Shown in pieces: positions 40,331 to 54,793 of a DNA stretch of 64,000 nt (position 1 is its first letter; every line of letters begins with the position of its first letter). The stretch comes from Octopus sinensis (taxonomy: Eukaryota). A program made the translations under genes and the position numbers. The DNA lies in assembly GCF_006345805.1 (NCBI RefSeq), contig NC_042997.1, positions 17,236,001 through 17,300,000 on the forward strand, read 5' to 3'. Under the pieces are notes generated by a model. That model was given only the letters and a program-made list of their open reading frames with translations. It was not told the origin of the DNA and ran no database searches.

Positions 40331-41121
40331 CTGTCTGTCTTTCTGGCTAGCTGTGTGTATATATATATGTGTGTGTGTGTGTGTGCATGTGTGTAAATAT
40401 ATATAGTATCTTTATTTACTGTTTTAATGAACAAATGTTTTCCTGAGAAATGATTGTTAGACATTTCAAATAGAAAGTTACTTTGCAGGAATAATTCTGT
40501 TAATTGCATGGAAAAGAAAACACAACAGCATTTTAAAGCATTTACACCATACCAAAATTACTGAGGCTTTCAGTTGAAATAAAGGTAAAAATTTTTATGA
40601 TACACATATTTCCTACTTGCACTCCTCCTCCTGTTTCTCATCAGTAGATGCAAACTTTTTTCCTTTCGTTTTTTTGGTGGCATATTTAATATATAATATT
40701 CATTTTTAAGTTACACATTTGCACTTGCTTCAGATAAGAGCTAATATTTTATCATACTTGAAATTTTGAATTTCTTTTTGTATGGTTCAAATGCAAGCAC
40801 ATCCTATCCTAACATCCAGTGCTAAAGGAAAAACAAAGAGAAAGCAAAACAAACTATAAAAAAATTTAAAAAATGTATATTAGATAATAGTTCGTGAATA
40901 GCCTTGGGTGGTTAGACAGAAGAGTTGAAGCTTATAAAAGTTGTAGCTTTAGCAGCATGCATGAAGCTATAGAACTGTATATAGAGGAGTTATTTTGAAG
41001 TAATAGCTAAGTACTTGTAAGGGTTTAGAAAAATGGCTTCAAAGCTGATTTGTTACCCTAAGGCAGTCCACAGAATGCTGATAACAGCTTTTGGCAACTC
41101 TCAGCTAGTTTTTTAATATTT

Positions 41122-41162
<41 letters not shown>

Positions 41163-41279
41163 TACACACACACATATATATTTATACATACACACACTTT
41201 TACCTTTTTAATTTTTAAATTTAAATATATGCAAACTATTTCTTCTATAAAAATGTTTAATCCTCTGCCACCACCAGCC

Positions 41280-41816
41280 TCCTTTTTATCTTATTCCTTC
41301 TTCTTTTCCTTCTTTATCCTATTCCTTCTCATTTTCTTTTACCCATCTCACCATTACCACTGCCACCACTATCACAGATGTGGCAAGAGAAGAATATTTT
41401 TAGCAAATCAAACCTCTAAAGAGAGTTCTTTTCATTAAGATACACCTGACTGGGGTGCAAAAGTATTATTTCTGGAATTTTCCATGACATAATCGCACCA
41501 AATATTCAGCCCCTGTTATACAACGCATTTCAAATATAGGAAAAGAGACACTTGTCAAAGATCTTTATATCCTCAAAAAGAGTAAATGCGCACTTCAGTT
41601 CTGTCTATGACAGTTGCATGTATACTTTCTACAACAAAAGACTTTATCATTGACTTAGTCATTCATGACAGTTCCCTAAATCTGAAAATTTTGTCTCTGA
41701 ATCAGTTATGTGTAACCTAAAGTTGCTGATTAATGACCTCAAGGATATGATATTGTCGGTATCAGTTAAATTGTAAATTGAATTCACTATTCAAGAAATA
41801 CTGGGAATTAGAAATG
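41280..41816. repeat. Donor copy of the 537-bp duplicated segment
   Basis: Near-identical to 39075-39611. Confidence 0.95.
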
Positions 41817-42239
41817 AAAGATAAAAGTCAGCCCATATGTTCAAAAGATACTTCCTTGAACTAGCTGACTGCTGCAAAACCATTATTCTTGGCATTTCTT
41901 TCCTAAGCAAACATTCAACTGTTACAATAAAGTTCATTGCCCCTTCCACCAAGTAAATTTAGATGTTTGCTTTCTAGCTTCACTAAGAGTCAATCTGTCA
42001 CAAGTCTTCTAATCTGTCACCAAATTTTAAACCTGTAATTATGAAACCTAAATTTAGAATATCTCATTTTGAGTTCATTCATTTGAAATTGAATACAATG
42101 GTCAAAGAAGATGTTAACAAACCAAGTGAGGCACTGTAGCAAGCACAAGTAGATGTCATTAATGGTAACAGTTAAAGGATCTCAATAGCTTACTACTCAG
42201 AAACTTAATAAATTCATCTGCTTCGATGTTTAACATATG

Positions 42240-42352
42240 TAGGCATGGTTATGTGGTTTCAGGTTCAGTGTCACTGTGTGGCACCTTGGGTTGGTATCTT
42301 CCAAAGCCTTGTGAGTGGATTTGTTAGACAGAACTGAAAGAAGCTACTGAAT

Positions 42353-42383
<31 letters not shown>

Positions 42384-42988
42384 CCACCACCACCAGCTGG
42401 CAGAATCTTTAGCATGTCAGGTAAAATGCTAAGCAATATTTCTTTCAGCTCCTTATATTCTTATATTCTAAGTTCAAATTCTACTAAGGTCAGCTTTGCC
42501 ATTCATCATTTTGAAGTCAACAAAATTATTACCAGTTGATTGATGTAATCGACTAGACTTTTCCCCAAAATTTCAGGCCTTGCATCTAATGAAAAAAGAT
42601 TATTCTTATTAAGGTGGTGCACTGGCAGAATCAATAGCTATCTGGACAAAATGCTTAGCAGCATTTTGTCTGACTTCATGTTCCAAATTCAAATTCCTCT
42701 GAGGTCAACTTAGCCTTTCATCTATTTGGGGTCAATAAAATAAGTACCAATCAAGTACAGGAGTTGAAGCAATCATCTCTCCCCTTCCTTAAAAAAATGC
42801 AGGCCTTGCTCCAAAATTTGGAACCATAAAGGTAGCAAGCTGGCAGAATTGTTGGCACACTGGACAAAATGATTTGTGACACTGCTTCTGTCCTTACACT
42901 TGAGTTCAAATTCCACCATGGTAAACTTTGCCCATCTTTTCAGTTAAGTACTGGGGTTGATGTAATTGACTAACTTCCCACATCCCTC
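42240..42988 (+). mobile_element. Head-to-tail SINE stack: S2 (42240-42350) and three S1 (~42395-42603, 42613-42826, 42831-42988)
   Basis: Three successive ctggcagaat...ttcaaattc...aggtcaact/gg(t)aaact...ttgatgtaat units. Confidence 0.85.
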
Positions 42989-43252
42989 ATTATTATTATT
43001 ATTATCATTATTATTATTGAGTGAGAGAGCAGTGCATGCCATCAAAGCGACACTGGGGTAAAATATACGAAGCCCAGGATACCCATCATGACTAGCCATC
43101 TGAAATGGGTACACCAGGCACATGCATCACAAACATATGTGCACGACATGACCTTGCAGGTGGGGCCCAGTTAGAATTTTCTTCTGGTCGAGTAGACCAT
43201 CCCGCTCAAAAGGTCCCAGAATAAGGATTGTTTAAGGAATGTTGAATGAACC

Positions 43253-44012
43253 GCAGGAGTGGCGGTGTGGTAAGTGGCTTTCTTACCAACCACATGGTTC
43301 CGGGTTTATTCCTTCTGTGTAGCACCTTGGGTAAGTGTCTTCTACTATAGCCTCAGGCCGACCAAAACCTTGTGAGTGGATTTGATCGACATAAACTGAA
43401 AGAAGCCCGTCGTATATATATATATATATATATATAATAAATATTAGGGAATGAATCCAAAATTACAGGGAAAAATCAGATTTAGGGTTAAATCCAATTT
43501 ATAGTAAAATATTATATAATATAATTCGAGACAAAACCACTATTTTAAAACCAAACAAGGAAAGACTTAATCAATACATAAAATTTGAATATATATATAT
43601 TATATTAAATTAGAGACAAAACCACTATTAGGCAAATCAAACAATGAAAGACTTAAGCCAATACATAAATTAATTTATATTATTTAAATATGTAACAATT
43701 ATTAAAAAATATAATTAATATCCACTACGATCGTTTCCTGTCTGCTGTCATCAATTTTATATGTCATCAATATATATATGTATTTATGTGTGTGTGTGTA
43801 TACGTTTGTGTGTCTGTGTTTGTCCTGCAACATCGCTTGACAACTGACGCTGGTGTGTTTACATCCCCGTAAATTAGTGGTTCAGCAAAAGAAACCAATA
43901 GAATAAATACTAGGCTTACAAAGAATAAGTCCTGGGCTTGATTTGCTTGACTAAAGGCAGTGCTCCAGCATGGCCGCAGTCAAGTGACTGAAACAAGTAA
44001 AAGAGTACAAGA
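43253..44012 (+). mobile_element. Full-length SINE S2 with GAACC target-site duplication
   Basis: gcaggagtggcggtgtggtaag...gactgaaacaagtaaaagag. GAACC at 43248-43252 and 44013-44017. Confidence 0.9.
43437..43770. mobile_element. AT-rich insertion inside the SINE (TA)n tract, possibly a Penelope-like terminal fragment
   Basis: Absent from the S2 copy at 60938. Internal direct repeat gagacaaaaccactatt...aaagacttaa..caatacataaa (x2). The class assignment is inference. Confidence 0.45.
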
Positions 44013-45604
44013 GAACCAACCATGTTTCCAGAGGTGAATTATCCAAACCTCCAAGAATTCCTTTCAACACACGGCTATGATGCTCCCCCACTACTTCTGC
44101 TTGTGATCAGAGATGCATATATCGTTAGCCACTAAGGGACATGGTCAACTGGTTAAGGTCAAACAACTGACAAACAAATCTGTGGTATTGAGCAGAATAT
44201 TTGCTGTATCCCATCTTTTATACCAAGACAAAACAATGTACATGATATTATTATTATTATCATCATCATCATTATTAAAACTTGCTTTTACTGTTTCTGT
44301 TGAACAAAAACCAATTACACCTCTAAAACATTAACCAATAATATTAGATTGTTACAATGTTACCATAATTACAATTTTTTTTTCAGTTTAATATTTAACT
44401 GGCAAATCTCTTTCAAACCAAGTAAAAATATATCGGCTTCCCCACCTCTTAAAATGTTCTCATTGGATAAATCACATACTCTAACATTTTGTATCTTACT
44501 TTCTTTCTCATTGTTTACTTCTCACACATGTCCTATCTTTTAAATCTCCATCCTCTCAATTTAAACCTACTACCAACTAATTACATTTTTATTCTCCTTT
44601 TCCTTTCATTTTCATTGACTCAATCTGATTTTTTTTCTTTCTTTATCTCTTTCTCACGCACACATATATGATTTGTGTGTGTGTGTGTGTGTGTGTGTGT
44701 CTGTGTGTACACACACACATGCACATATATCATATGTTATATACTAATGTATATGTAAAATTTACATATTATATGTTATTAAATAAAACAGAATAATAAA
44801 CAATATAAAATGGCATAACACATACATATATGTGTGTGTGTGTGTGTGCACATGTAGGTATATATATATATATATATATATATAAATATACACAGTATGT
44901 TTATATGTTTGTGGATAGGTATATACGTATAGACAGTCTTTTATCATACTTCTTTCTCTCTTTTTCCATTCTCACAAAAATTTTCCACTTTACCTGTTTT
45001 TTTTTATATTACTCTCTCTCATTAAATTCTTCTTTTCCACTCACTCCTCTCTTTCTAATACCTTCCATTTCAACCTTCCCCTTCAAACATCTTTCCATAT
45101 ATTTATTTCCATAATTTCAATATCTTCACTTACTTTTTTTCCTTCACCTCTTTGTTTCCCTATCTCTCACTCTCTCCTTTACTCTGCCTTTCACTCTCTC
45201 TCACTCTCTTATACACATTAGGGTTTCTTTTCTACCTCTCAGTCTCATCTGCTTTCATATTTCCTTCAATTTACATTTTTTGCTATATTAATGTTAATAT
45301 TGACTTAACAGTTTTAAAATTTTATTTAGATTAAAAAATAAAATTGCTTTGTTCTTTTGTTTCAGTCTCAGAAACCAATACTTCCTACTTCAGAATACCT
45401 CCACCAACCTTTGTCTTTATATATACACATTTAGACAGATGCATAGACTTATATATGTATATACACATACACATTACTATACATACATACATACATATAT
45501 GTGTGTATATATATATAATATATATATATATGTGTGTGTATATATATATAATATATATATATATATATGTGTGTGTATATATATATATATATATAATATA
45601 TATA

Positions 45605-45659
<55 letters not shown>

Positions 45660-47361
45660 TTGTATGTGCACACACACATGTATGTATGTATTTATGCATG
45701 CATGCATGTATACATATACATATTTACACATATATATACAAATACATGTATGTAGATATATATAAATATATTATATACTTGCATATACATATATATACAT
45801 ACATGCATGCATACATATATATACATACATACATACACATGTATACCTAATTACAGACATATGTATACACACACATACATGTAGGTAATATATGTGTATC
45901 TTTATGAAAACATTTATCTTTGAAATTCCACTCCCTCCCACTGACCTACCAACTCTAATTTCTTCATCTATGAAATGTTACCCACCTCACTGGTTTAGGA
46001 ACAGTAAACAGAACAGAAATAGGCAGAGTTTTGTGTGTGACTGCATATATTGTATGTACACTTATCTGCCTGTATATGGATAAATGAACACATACATGCA
46101 CACCATTCACACACACACATACACACATGCATGCACACATGCATATATTCATAGACACATTTTACTCTCTTAACATCATCTCTTTCCATTCTTCAAATTT
46201 TTACACTTTCTAATCACCTCAACCACATCTCTCTCTCTCTCTCTCTCTAACTCACAGTCTTACTTTTCTCTTGTTCTCCTTACCCTCTTCTCTTTCATCT
46301 ATTCTACTTCCTTTCTACATGCATATCTTTTGTCTTCATACATACACACATACATACATATCTTACTCCAACTTTGTTTCTACCTCTGTGCACTCCCCAT
46401 CACTTTCTAACTTTCCATTTTCTGGTTAACGGCTTCAACCTCTTTTCCCACACATCTTCTTTTTTCTCTAGTTTTCTCATCCTCTCTCTATCTCTTTTGC
46501 TCTGCCACTATTTTATTCATTCAGATGTTTACTGACTTCCCCTTCGGGAGAGTAAATCACTTAATGCATTAAGCAATGTTACTCGCATTCTGGTCCCAAT
46601 ATTTTCAATTCACTCTTGGTCATATTAGCTATAAGACAACATAATTGTTCCTTGTTTTGAATCAGTCAATACAACTAACACTGTATGCAAATGCATATGT
46701 GCATTTGTGTGTATCAAGTATGCATAAATGTATGTTTGTATGTATGCACACATGCAAGAAAGAAAACTTCAAGGAAGCAAAATAAAACAAAAACCAAAAA
46801 TGTTTATGTGGAACTAATAATAATAATATGGACAACAATAAATATTCCTTACCCCTAAGGCTCGGTTGGTTATTTTTGCAGAAAATAAACAAAACCTAGG
46901 TTGTTAAGGAAAGAAAAAAAATCTATACTATATATTTATATGAAGTTTACTTTTACAATTGAGTTTGCATTCACAAAATAGGATAGCATGATAAAGATAA
47001 CATGACCTATATGCTTGCACAAGTGCTGCCATCTGTGTCTAAAATGTGTACATTAAATAGCTGATTGCCTAGTATTTGTTAACTGTGGTGCACTGTTATG
47101 CAAAGATAGCAGGCTATTACTTTATGTGAAACCTAACATGAGCTAATCAATCATATGTAAGATATATATATTTCACAGTGATTTGCTAAGATCTGAAGCA
47201 TAAATAACATTTCAGAATTCAAATGCTTTCCTATTGTATTTTCATTTTTAATAAGGTGGCCGTGTTTTTATACAATTCAAGTAAAATCATGTGAGTTAAA
47301 ATGGTTTGAACTCATCAATGTATTGAAATAACACAAAAAACAATAAAAAAAAAGGATACAT

Positions 47362-47433
<72 letters not shown>

Positions 47434-47566
47434 CACTGCAGTTAAATGTGTCTGTGTGTGCAAAGAAAGAGAACCACAAACATACATGCATACATAAGGA
47501 TAAATATGTAATGCACATATGTATATATATGTATGTATGTATGTATATATATATTTTTACACACAC

Positions 47567-48186
47567 ACGGGATGAGGTGGTGAAGCACAATCTTCAAACA
47601 TTGGACCTCACCGAGGCAATGACAAGTGACCAAGACCTTTGGAGATATGCTGTGCTTGAGAAGACCCAGCAAGCCAAGTGAGACCATAACTGTGGCCTAT
47701 GCCAGTGCTGCGTAACCAGCCCATTTAAGAGTACCCTTCAATCATTGGACAATAAACTATGCTAGCAAAGACCTGTTGAGGTAAGTTAAATTGTTATCGT
47801 GGCCGTTGACAGTGCCGCCTGATTGGCATCTGTGCCAGTGGAATGTTAAAAGCACCATTCAAGCATGATCGTTTCCAGGGCCACTGACTGGCTCCCATGC
47901 CAGTGGCACATTAAAAGCACCATTCGAGCGTGATCATTGCCAGTGCTGCCGGACTGGCTTCTGTGCCGGTGGCATGTAAAAAGTACCATTTGAGCATGGT
48001 CGATGGCAGTACTGCTTGACTGGCCCTTTACTCTCAGAGTGGTTGGCATCAGGAAGGGCATTCAGCAGTAGAAACTTACCAGAACAGATTGGGGCCTGGT
48101 GCAGCCTTCAGGCTTGTCAGCCCTCAGTCAAACCATCCAAGCCATGCCAGCATAGAAAGCAGACGTTCTACAATGACGATGACGAT
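47567..48186 (+). mobile_element. RTE LINE 3' fragment
   Basis: DEVVKHNLQTLDLTEAMTSDQDLWRYAVLEKT, ~3 units of the 66-bp array and a (GAT)n-type tail; homologous to 18867-19528. Confidence 0.9.
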
Positions 48187-48191
48187 ATTTT

Positions 48192-48546
48192 CAGGGTGCA
48201 ATGGGTAAATTGTCACCATTTTATACTTTTAATTTCACACATTATTTGTTTTTTATTTTGTCAATTACACAATATTGTAGGGTCAGTTGGGTACTGTCTG
48301 TGAGAAGGCAGGGATTATGGCAGCATTCACCAACTTAAACAAGGAGACGTCCAGAAGAGTTGCAGGAGATTCCCACGTTGTCTGGAGGTTGTGGTTGAAG
48401 CCAATGGCAATTTTATTGAATAAATTTACTCTTTAGTGTTTCAAGACATTTTTCAGTAACTTCGGTAAGTATATCTGTTAAAACGAGTTGTCAGTGTAAT
48501 TTTCATTTTTGTATAATTTAAATGACAGTTTATTCACTGCACCCTG
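48192..48546 (+). mobile_element. Tc1/mariner internal-deletion derivative
   Basis: Imperfect TIRs cagggtgcaatgggtaaattgtca / tgacagtttattcactgcaccctg. Internal VQKSCRRFPRCLEVVVEANGNFIE* is a typical Tc1/mariner transposase C-terminus. Confidence 0.8.
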
Positions 48547-49992
48547 TGTGTATATATACATGTATATATATATACATATATATATGCATACATACATACA
48601 CACACATATATATATATATATATATGTATATGTGCATATACATACATGCATACACATATATATTATTTAAACAGTATTAAAAATTTAGTCTCATAATAGC
48701 TAATTCATGTTACTGAATAGTTTCATGTTAAAGAGCCTTCTAAGTATGGAAAGGTTCTTCAACACAAATCTACTTGGTAACAGCAATTGTCTATTCTGAG
48801 ACTAAATTTATAATATCTAATATATGAGTACTTGCTTTTTTTCTTATTTATGAAACTTTATTAGCCATCTATATACATATGTACATAGATATATGCGTAT
48901 ATTTAAGTAGATGTTTTATATACACAGTGGTAAACTCAACCCAGCTGACATGTGTTCATACAAATTGGTTAACAGCTGATTTGTACTGAGAATGGGATAT
49001 TAACCTTTTGCTGGATGCTGAAGGGAAACCATGCCACCAAACCAAATGTCTCCATTCAGCTATCTTTCGGTTTAGTTGGCCATCTAATGTTGGGGCACCA
49101 TGCAGCTACATGACAACTCATATTTTAGAATTGAAGGTAGAAGTGATCAGGTAGAATAAAAAAAGATAAGAATTAGTGGTGGTGAGATGTGTGGGTGCAT
49201 GCTTAAGGTAAAAGGTAAGTGGAAATGAGAGGGAGATATATGCATATTTAAATGAATACATACATACACTAATACACACACATGCACACATTCATACATA
49301 TACATACATACATAGTCATATATCCATTTGAAATCACATTAGATTAAAATAATGGTTTATATAGCATTTATGTATATACAAATATATACATATGGATGTA
49401 TGTGTATATATATATATATATATATATACAGATTATATATATGTGTGTGTGTGTGTGTGTGTGGATGTATATATATATGGATGTGTGTATATATATATAG
49501 ATACACACATGCATATATGGGTACAGGACGTCACCAACTGTGCAAACAACATAAAATACATAAAAAAAAGGACAAGTAAACACAGAGAAGGGACCCTTCA
49601 TAAGTTGTTGGCTGTCTGTCTACTCCTCATTTTGAGCATTCAGTGACAATATGAGTCTTCAAAAGACAGCTGGTCCCTTAAATTCTGAAATGCAATTTAG
49701 GATTTATGGAGGGTCAAATTTGGAAACAAAAACAGGACAGTGGAGACATGCAAGGAAACTGAATGAAAACAAACACGGAGGGTTGTTAGACCAGAATGAG
49801 AGGAAAATAGTGAATGCTAGGAGAAATATTTTCTTTGAAAAGAGAAAAGATGGAAGAAACAAATGAAACGTCCAGTATTTTGAACATCTGTGCAAGAAAA
49901 GAAAGATGGTCATGTGAGGAAGTGAAAGATGGACAATGGTTATGTGTGAACAATGAAAGAAAGAAAAAGAGAAAGGGGAGAGAGAGAGGGAC

Positions 49993-50025
<33 letters not shown>

Positions 50026-50150
50026 ATATATATATATGGATGTATATACATATTTATTATATATATACATCCATGCATGTATATATATATAGGTAACACC
50101 CTGGCCACTTGATAAAATCATTAAAGTGGTTTTATTCTTAGTTTTGCATA

Positions 50151-50184
<34 letters not shown>

Positions 50185-50629
50185 GTATGTATGCATACAT
50201 GCATACACACTCACACAGTCTAGACATACATTCATGCAGGACTGCACCATGTATTGTGATCAATTCAAAACCATGTGGAGACTTCTAATCTTAACAAATA
50301 TGAAATAAATATTTAAAATCTATACCAAATGCAAAATATATGTTGATAAATGATGTGCATTAGTGAATAAAGCTGAACAAAGCATTTGATTATGAGCATC
50401 AACAACATCAGAATGGATTGTTATTTAATTTCTGAATAATAAATAGAATAAATACAATTAAAAACAACCACCAAGGAAGTGACATTTCATTGAATGTGAA
50501 TACTTAGTTCTAGTTAATGTTAAGCAAATTTGAATCACCAAAGAATATTCAGTCTGAACATATATCCTCTAGTCTTTAAATAGATATGTGTATAATATTT
50601 CCCATAGATCTGTGTGTTTTATATGTGTA

Positions 50630-50660
<31 letters not shown>

Positions 50661-52614
50661 CATATAGGAAATAGGCATGTGTGTATGTATATTCCACAAG
50701 AAGGTTATTCTATCATACTATCCTACTCTGATTGCATCAAATTTTGACATATGTTGTTGTTTAACTCCTAGTAGGTCTTGATCAAGATTATCTATGACCA
50801 AAGATGCTTTAGCTACAGATTTCATATCAATAACCTGCCTAACGCATCTTTCACATTCTTAACAGTAATGTTAATAAATGAAATTTTGCTGCACTTTCTA
50901 GCAAGTTAGGTGGCTATATAGATCTCTTGAAGGAATGGTAAATCTACTAAGTGAAAATTAAGTTTAAACTATATATATTTAAGTTCAGAATTTATATACT
51001 GTTACCCCTGTTCTACATATAACAATTGTATTTTATTATTATTTTTTTTTGTTAGAATCAGACTTTTTTGTGTATTTATAGAGCAAGTAGTTTTACAGAT
51101 GAGTACACCTCTTTGGAATCATCCAGCCGATTGAAAAATTAACTCATGTCTCTAATTTTCCAGTTAGAAGGCAATTTAAATAAAATGGACAGTATAGAAT
51201 CATTCTATTTGAACCCATGACCTCTTAATCAACTAACCATTTCAATTCTATGTCACTGTACAATACACAAGGCAACGTGATAGTATCCGCGTGAAAGTTC
51301 TGTGATAATAGAATCACATACATTAGTAGTAAAACAAAATAGCTTTATCATGGGTCATTGTAAATGGATTATACATTCCTCCATAGCAAATTCGTCTTCC
51401 AAAGAGAGTGCTGGCTGGGAGTGCAGGCTGAATGCCAATTCACATATCAACATTCTTTTCAGTTTATGCTAGGATGAATCTGTCAAAATAATTCTAGACC
51501 AAGAGGACAGGTATCTTTGTCTGCAGACGAAAATGGATTAGGTCTTAGACATTGGGAGAGTATTAGCCAAAAGATGGGTTCACAGACATCTGAATATCAT
51601 GTGAATGAAAGAAAGACTTGATTTAAGGCTCATATATGAAAACAAATAAAAGGTGATGTCTAAAATTCAGTGTTGCAGAAAGGAACTCTTTAGAATTTAT
51701 AATAACAATTATATCGTAGATAGCATATAAAGAATGTATAAGAATTGTCGAATGTTTCACTTAATACATAAGAAATATAAAGTTGCAGAGGGTACAGACA
51801 TGGGTTTGTGTTTATGATGTCTACTTCACATTTATATGATTCTGGGTTCAATCCTACTGCATGGGTTGGCATTTTGGATAAATAGAGCTATTATCAAAAG
51901 CATGCCTATCATGACCCTTCTGTCTTTTTAGGGTTAACATAGAACTACATCAATCTAATGTCATTTTCTTATTTAAAGACAGCAAACAATGATTAAAGGG
52001 AAATTTAGTTACTCTCTCTTGCTTATGAAGAGGTTTGCTCATTGACACAATGATGTAATAGTCAATCAGTTGGGGGTCAACATAAATTACACCACTGAAT
52101 GCTTCTTTGTTACATGGCTATGCAAGTACAAAGCCCAAACAACTATTGGTAACTGTTTTTACAATAGAAAACATATCCTTTTAAACTATGATATATTTCA
52201 TGTCTGTTGTCTAAAGAAAATGCTTGAAACTTATAAATCATAATATAATGAAACAAAATATAAAAATCAGAAATATTGATATACAAGTTAATATGGTGGA
52301 AACTACAGCAATAAGAATAACAGTTTTTGTTTAATATTACATTGAAAATAAATGAAGAGAATTGCTGTATAATAACATTTTCTTAAACTTTTTTGATTTT
52401 TTTTACATTAATAAATATCAATTTAGCTTTAAAAATGTAACAAACATTAAAATTCTTAAATATATTAAGTTTGTAATATCAATTTTTTTCTAGACATTCA
52501 TGGGTTCATACATAGAAGTAAATTACTGTATATGTAAATACTGTACAAGCACATGCATACATACATGCACATACATAATGTATACATTTACATACATACA
52601 GCTGTGTATGTGTG

Positions 52615-52645
<31 letters not shown>

Positions 52646-52688
52646 ATATATATATATATATAAATATAAATATATATGTATGTATGCA

Positions 52689-52737
<49 letters not shown>

Positions 52738-53139
52738 ACCTATCTATCTACCTATCTATCTATATATTTATATATATGTATGAATGTTGAAGGTAAAGTT
52801 TCAGTAAGCATTGGAAACCAACAGTATATATACACCTATATGTAACACACATTTATGTGTATGTATGACTGCATCTGTAATAAAATGGAAATATTCATAC
52901 ATGCATTCATATGAATAGTAAAGAAAACATATATATGTATATATATCATCATTTAATGTCAGTTTTCTATGCTGGTATGGGTTATACTTTTTTTGCATAT
53001 TTTTATGAATAGACACATACACACATGACAGATATATAAATAATTTTATGAAGATTTATAGATACATGCTAAAAATTTGTGATTAATATTTGTGTTACCC
53101 CACACTTGAGAAAAATAACTGTAAATTTGGTTACTTCTT

Positions 53140-53345
53140 ATGCATGCACATATATATGTATTATGTGTGTGTGTGTATCTGTCTGTCTCTCTTTGTCTCT
53201 CTCTCCATATATATATATATGTATGTGTATATATACATATATATATATATATACATACATATACATATATATATATACATACATATACATATATATATAT
53301 ACATACATATACATATATATATGAATATATATATATATATGTATG

Positions 53346-53378
<33 letters not shown>

Positions 53379-53449
53379 ATATACATACATATACATATAT
53401 ATATATACATACATATACATATATATATGAATATATATATATATATATG

Positions 53450-53510
<61 letters not shown>

Positions 53511-53625
53511 TACATATACATTATATATATATATACATACATATACATATATATATATACATACATATACATATATATATACATACATATACATATATAT
53601 ATGAATATATATATATATATGTATG

Positions 53626-53658
<33 letters not shown>

Positions 53659-53700
53659 ATATACACATACATATACATATATATATATACATACATATAC

Positions 53701-53732
<32 letters not shown>

Positions 53733-53733
53733 A

Positions 53734-53800
<67 letters not shown>

Positions 53801-53986
53801 CATATACATATATATATATGATATATATATATATATGTATACACAGATGTTCGCATGCACATGTATGTATATGCAAAGATATACTGATGCATATTCACAT
53901 ATGTACAAACACTTTCATGTATGCAAACGGAATTCTTCTTTCTAAAAGCATGAGCATATATATGCATATATATATATGCATATATA

Positions 53987-54058
<72 letters not shown>

Positions 54059-54120
54059 ATATATGTATTAAAACACACATATATAAATATATAAATGTAT
54101 ATGCACACACATACATACAA
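53140..54120. repeat. ~1-kb compound (TA)n/(TACA)n array
   Basis: Directly visible. Source of the 200-276 aa YIYI ORFs. Confidence 0.95.
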
Positions 54121-54755
54121 ACATGTATGCAATTGATATAACAATTAAGTAAAAAATACTGTATATAACCATTTATATATTTAGTCATTTATTTGTATTT
54201 AAATTGTATATATATATAAATATCCCTATACTGATATATTTCCATATTTCTCATTGGTTGTGTATCTATATTTATATCTATCTATATATAATATACACAC
54301 ACACACACACTCACCAAATACATGCACACCAACATGTCTATATATACATATACATATGACAGAAAGATAGGAGTAAATTGTCACTAAAAAATTGAAAACA
54401 TGAAAGTGATTTAATGTCTGCTTTATTGTAGCAATATTCATGAAAGTTCTTCTTTGGTGTAACAGAAGATAATGAGAAGAGAAAAACAACTGCAAAATTT
54501 GAACTGCTATTCCACTGTCTGTATGCATGTGTGTATGTATGAATAAGAAAGAGTAAGGAAGTGATTAATAGTAAGAGTATCAAGAAGAACGAGAAAAGGG
54601 AGAGAGAGAAAGAGAGAGAGAGACAGACGGCAAGTATATGTAAGAGTAAGCATATCTATGTTTGTGTGAGGGAGAAAGGGAGAGATAAAGAAGACTCAGT
54701 AGGAAATAAGAAGAGAAAATAAGTGAAATTGTGAGAATTAAGAGTAAAGGAGATG

Positions 54756-54793
<38 letters not shown>

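Larger units (their letters stand above)
43019..44247 (-). mobile_element. Second copy of the TAA-flanked element, 5'-truncated and split by a SINE
   Basis: 43019-43252 and 44013-44247 join collinearly with the reverse complement of 4286-4841. Confidence 0.9.

Noticed and set aside
41340-41440. Exon inside duplicated segment B (pyrimidine tract + cacag|atg)
   Set aside because: All three frames stop within ~60 nt and there is no convincing donor site.
51340-51620. Complex sequence with short open frames and splice-like sites
   Set aside because: No consistent exon frame and no recognisable homology.
53046-54188. Long overlapping ORFs (200-276 aa) rich in Y/I/H/M/C
   Set aside because: TA/CA/TG repeats lack stop codons in all frames, so these are artefacts. 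The same applies to the ORFs near 16.4-16.9, 32.7-33.3, 35.1-35.7 and 45.3-45.9 kb.
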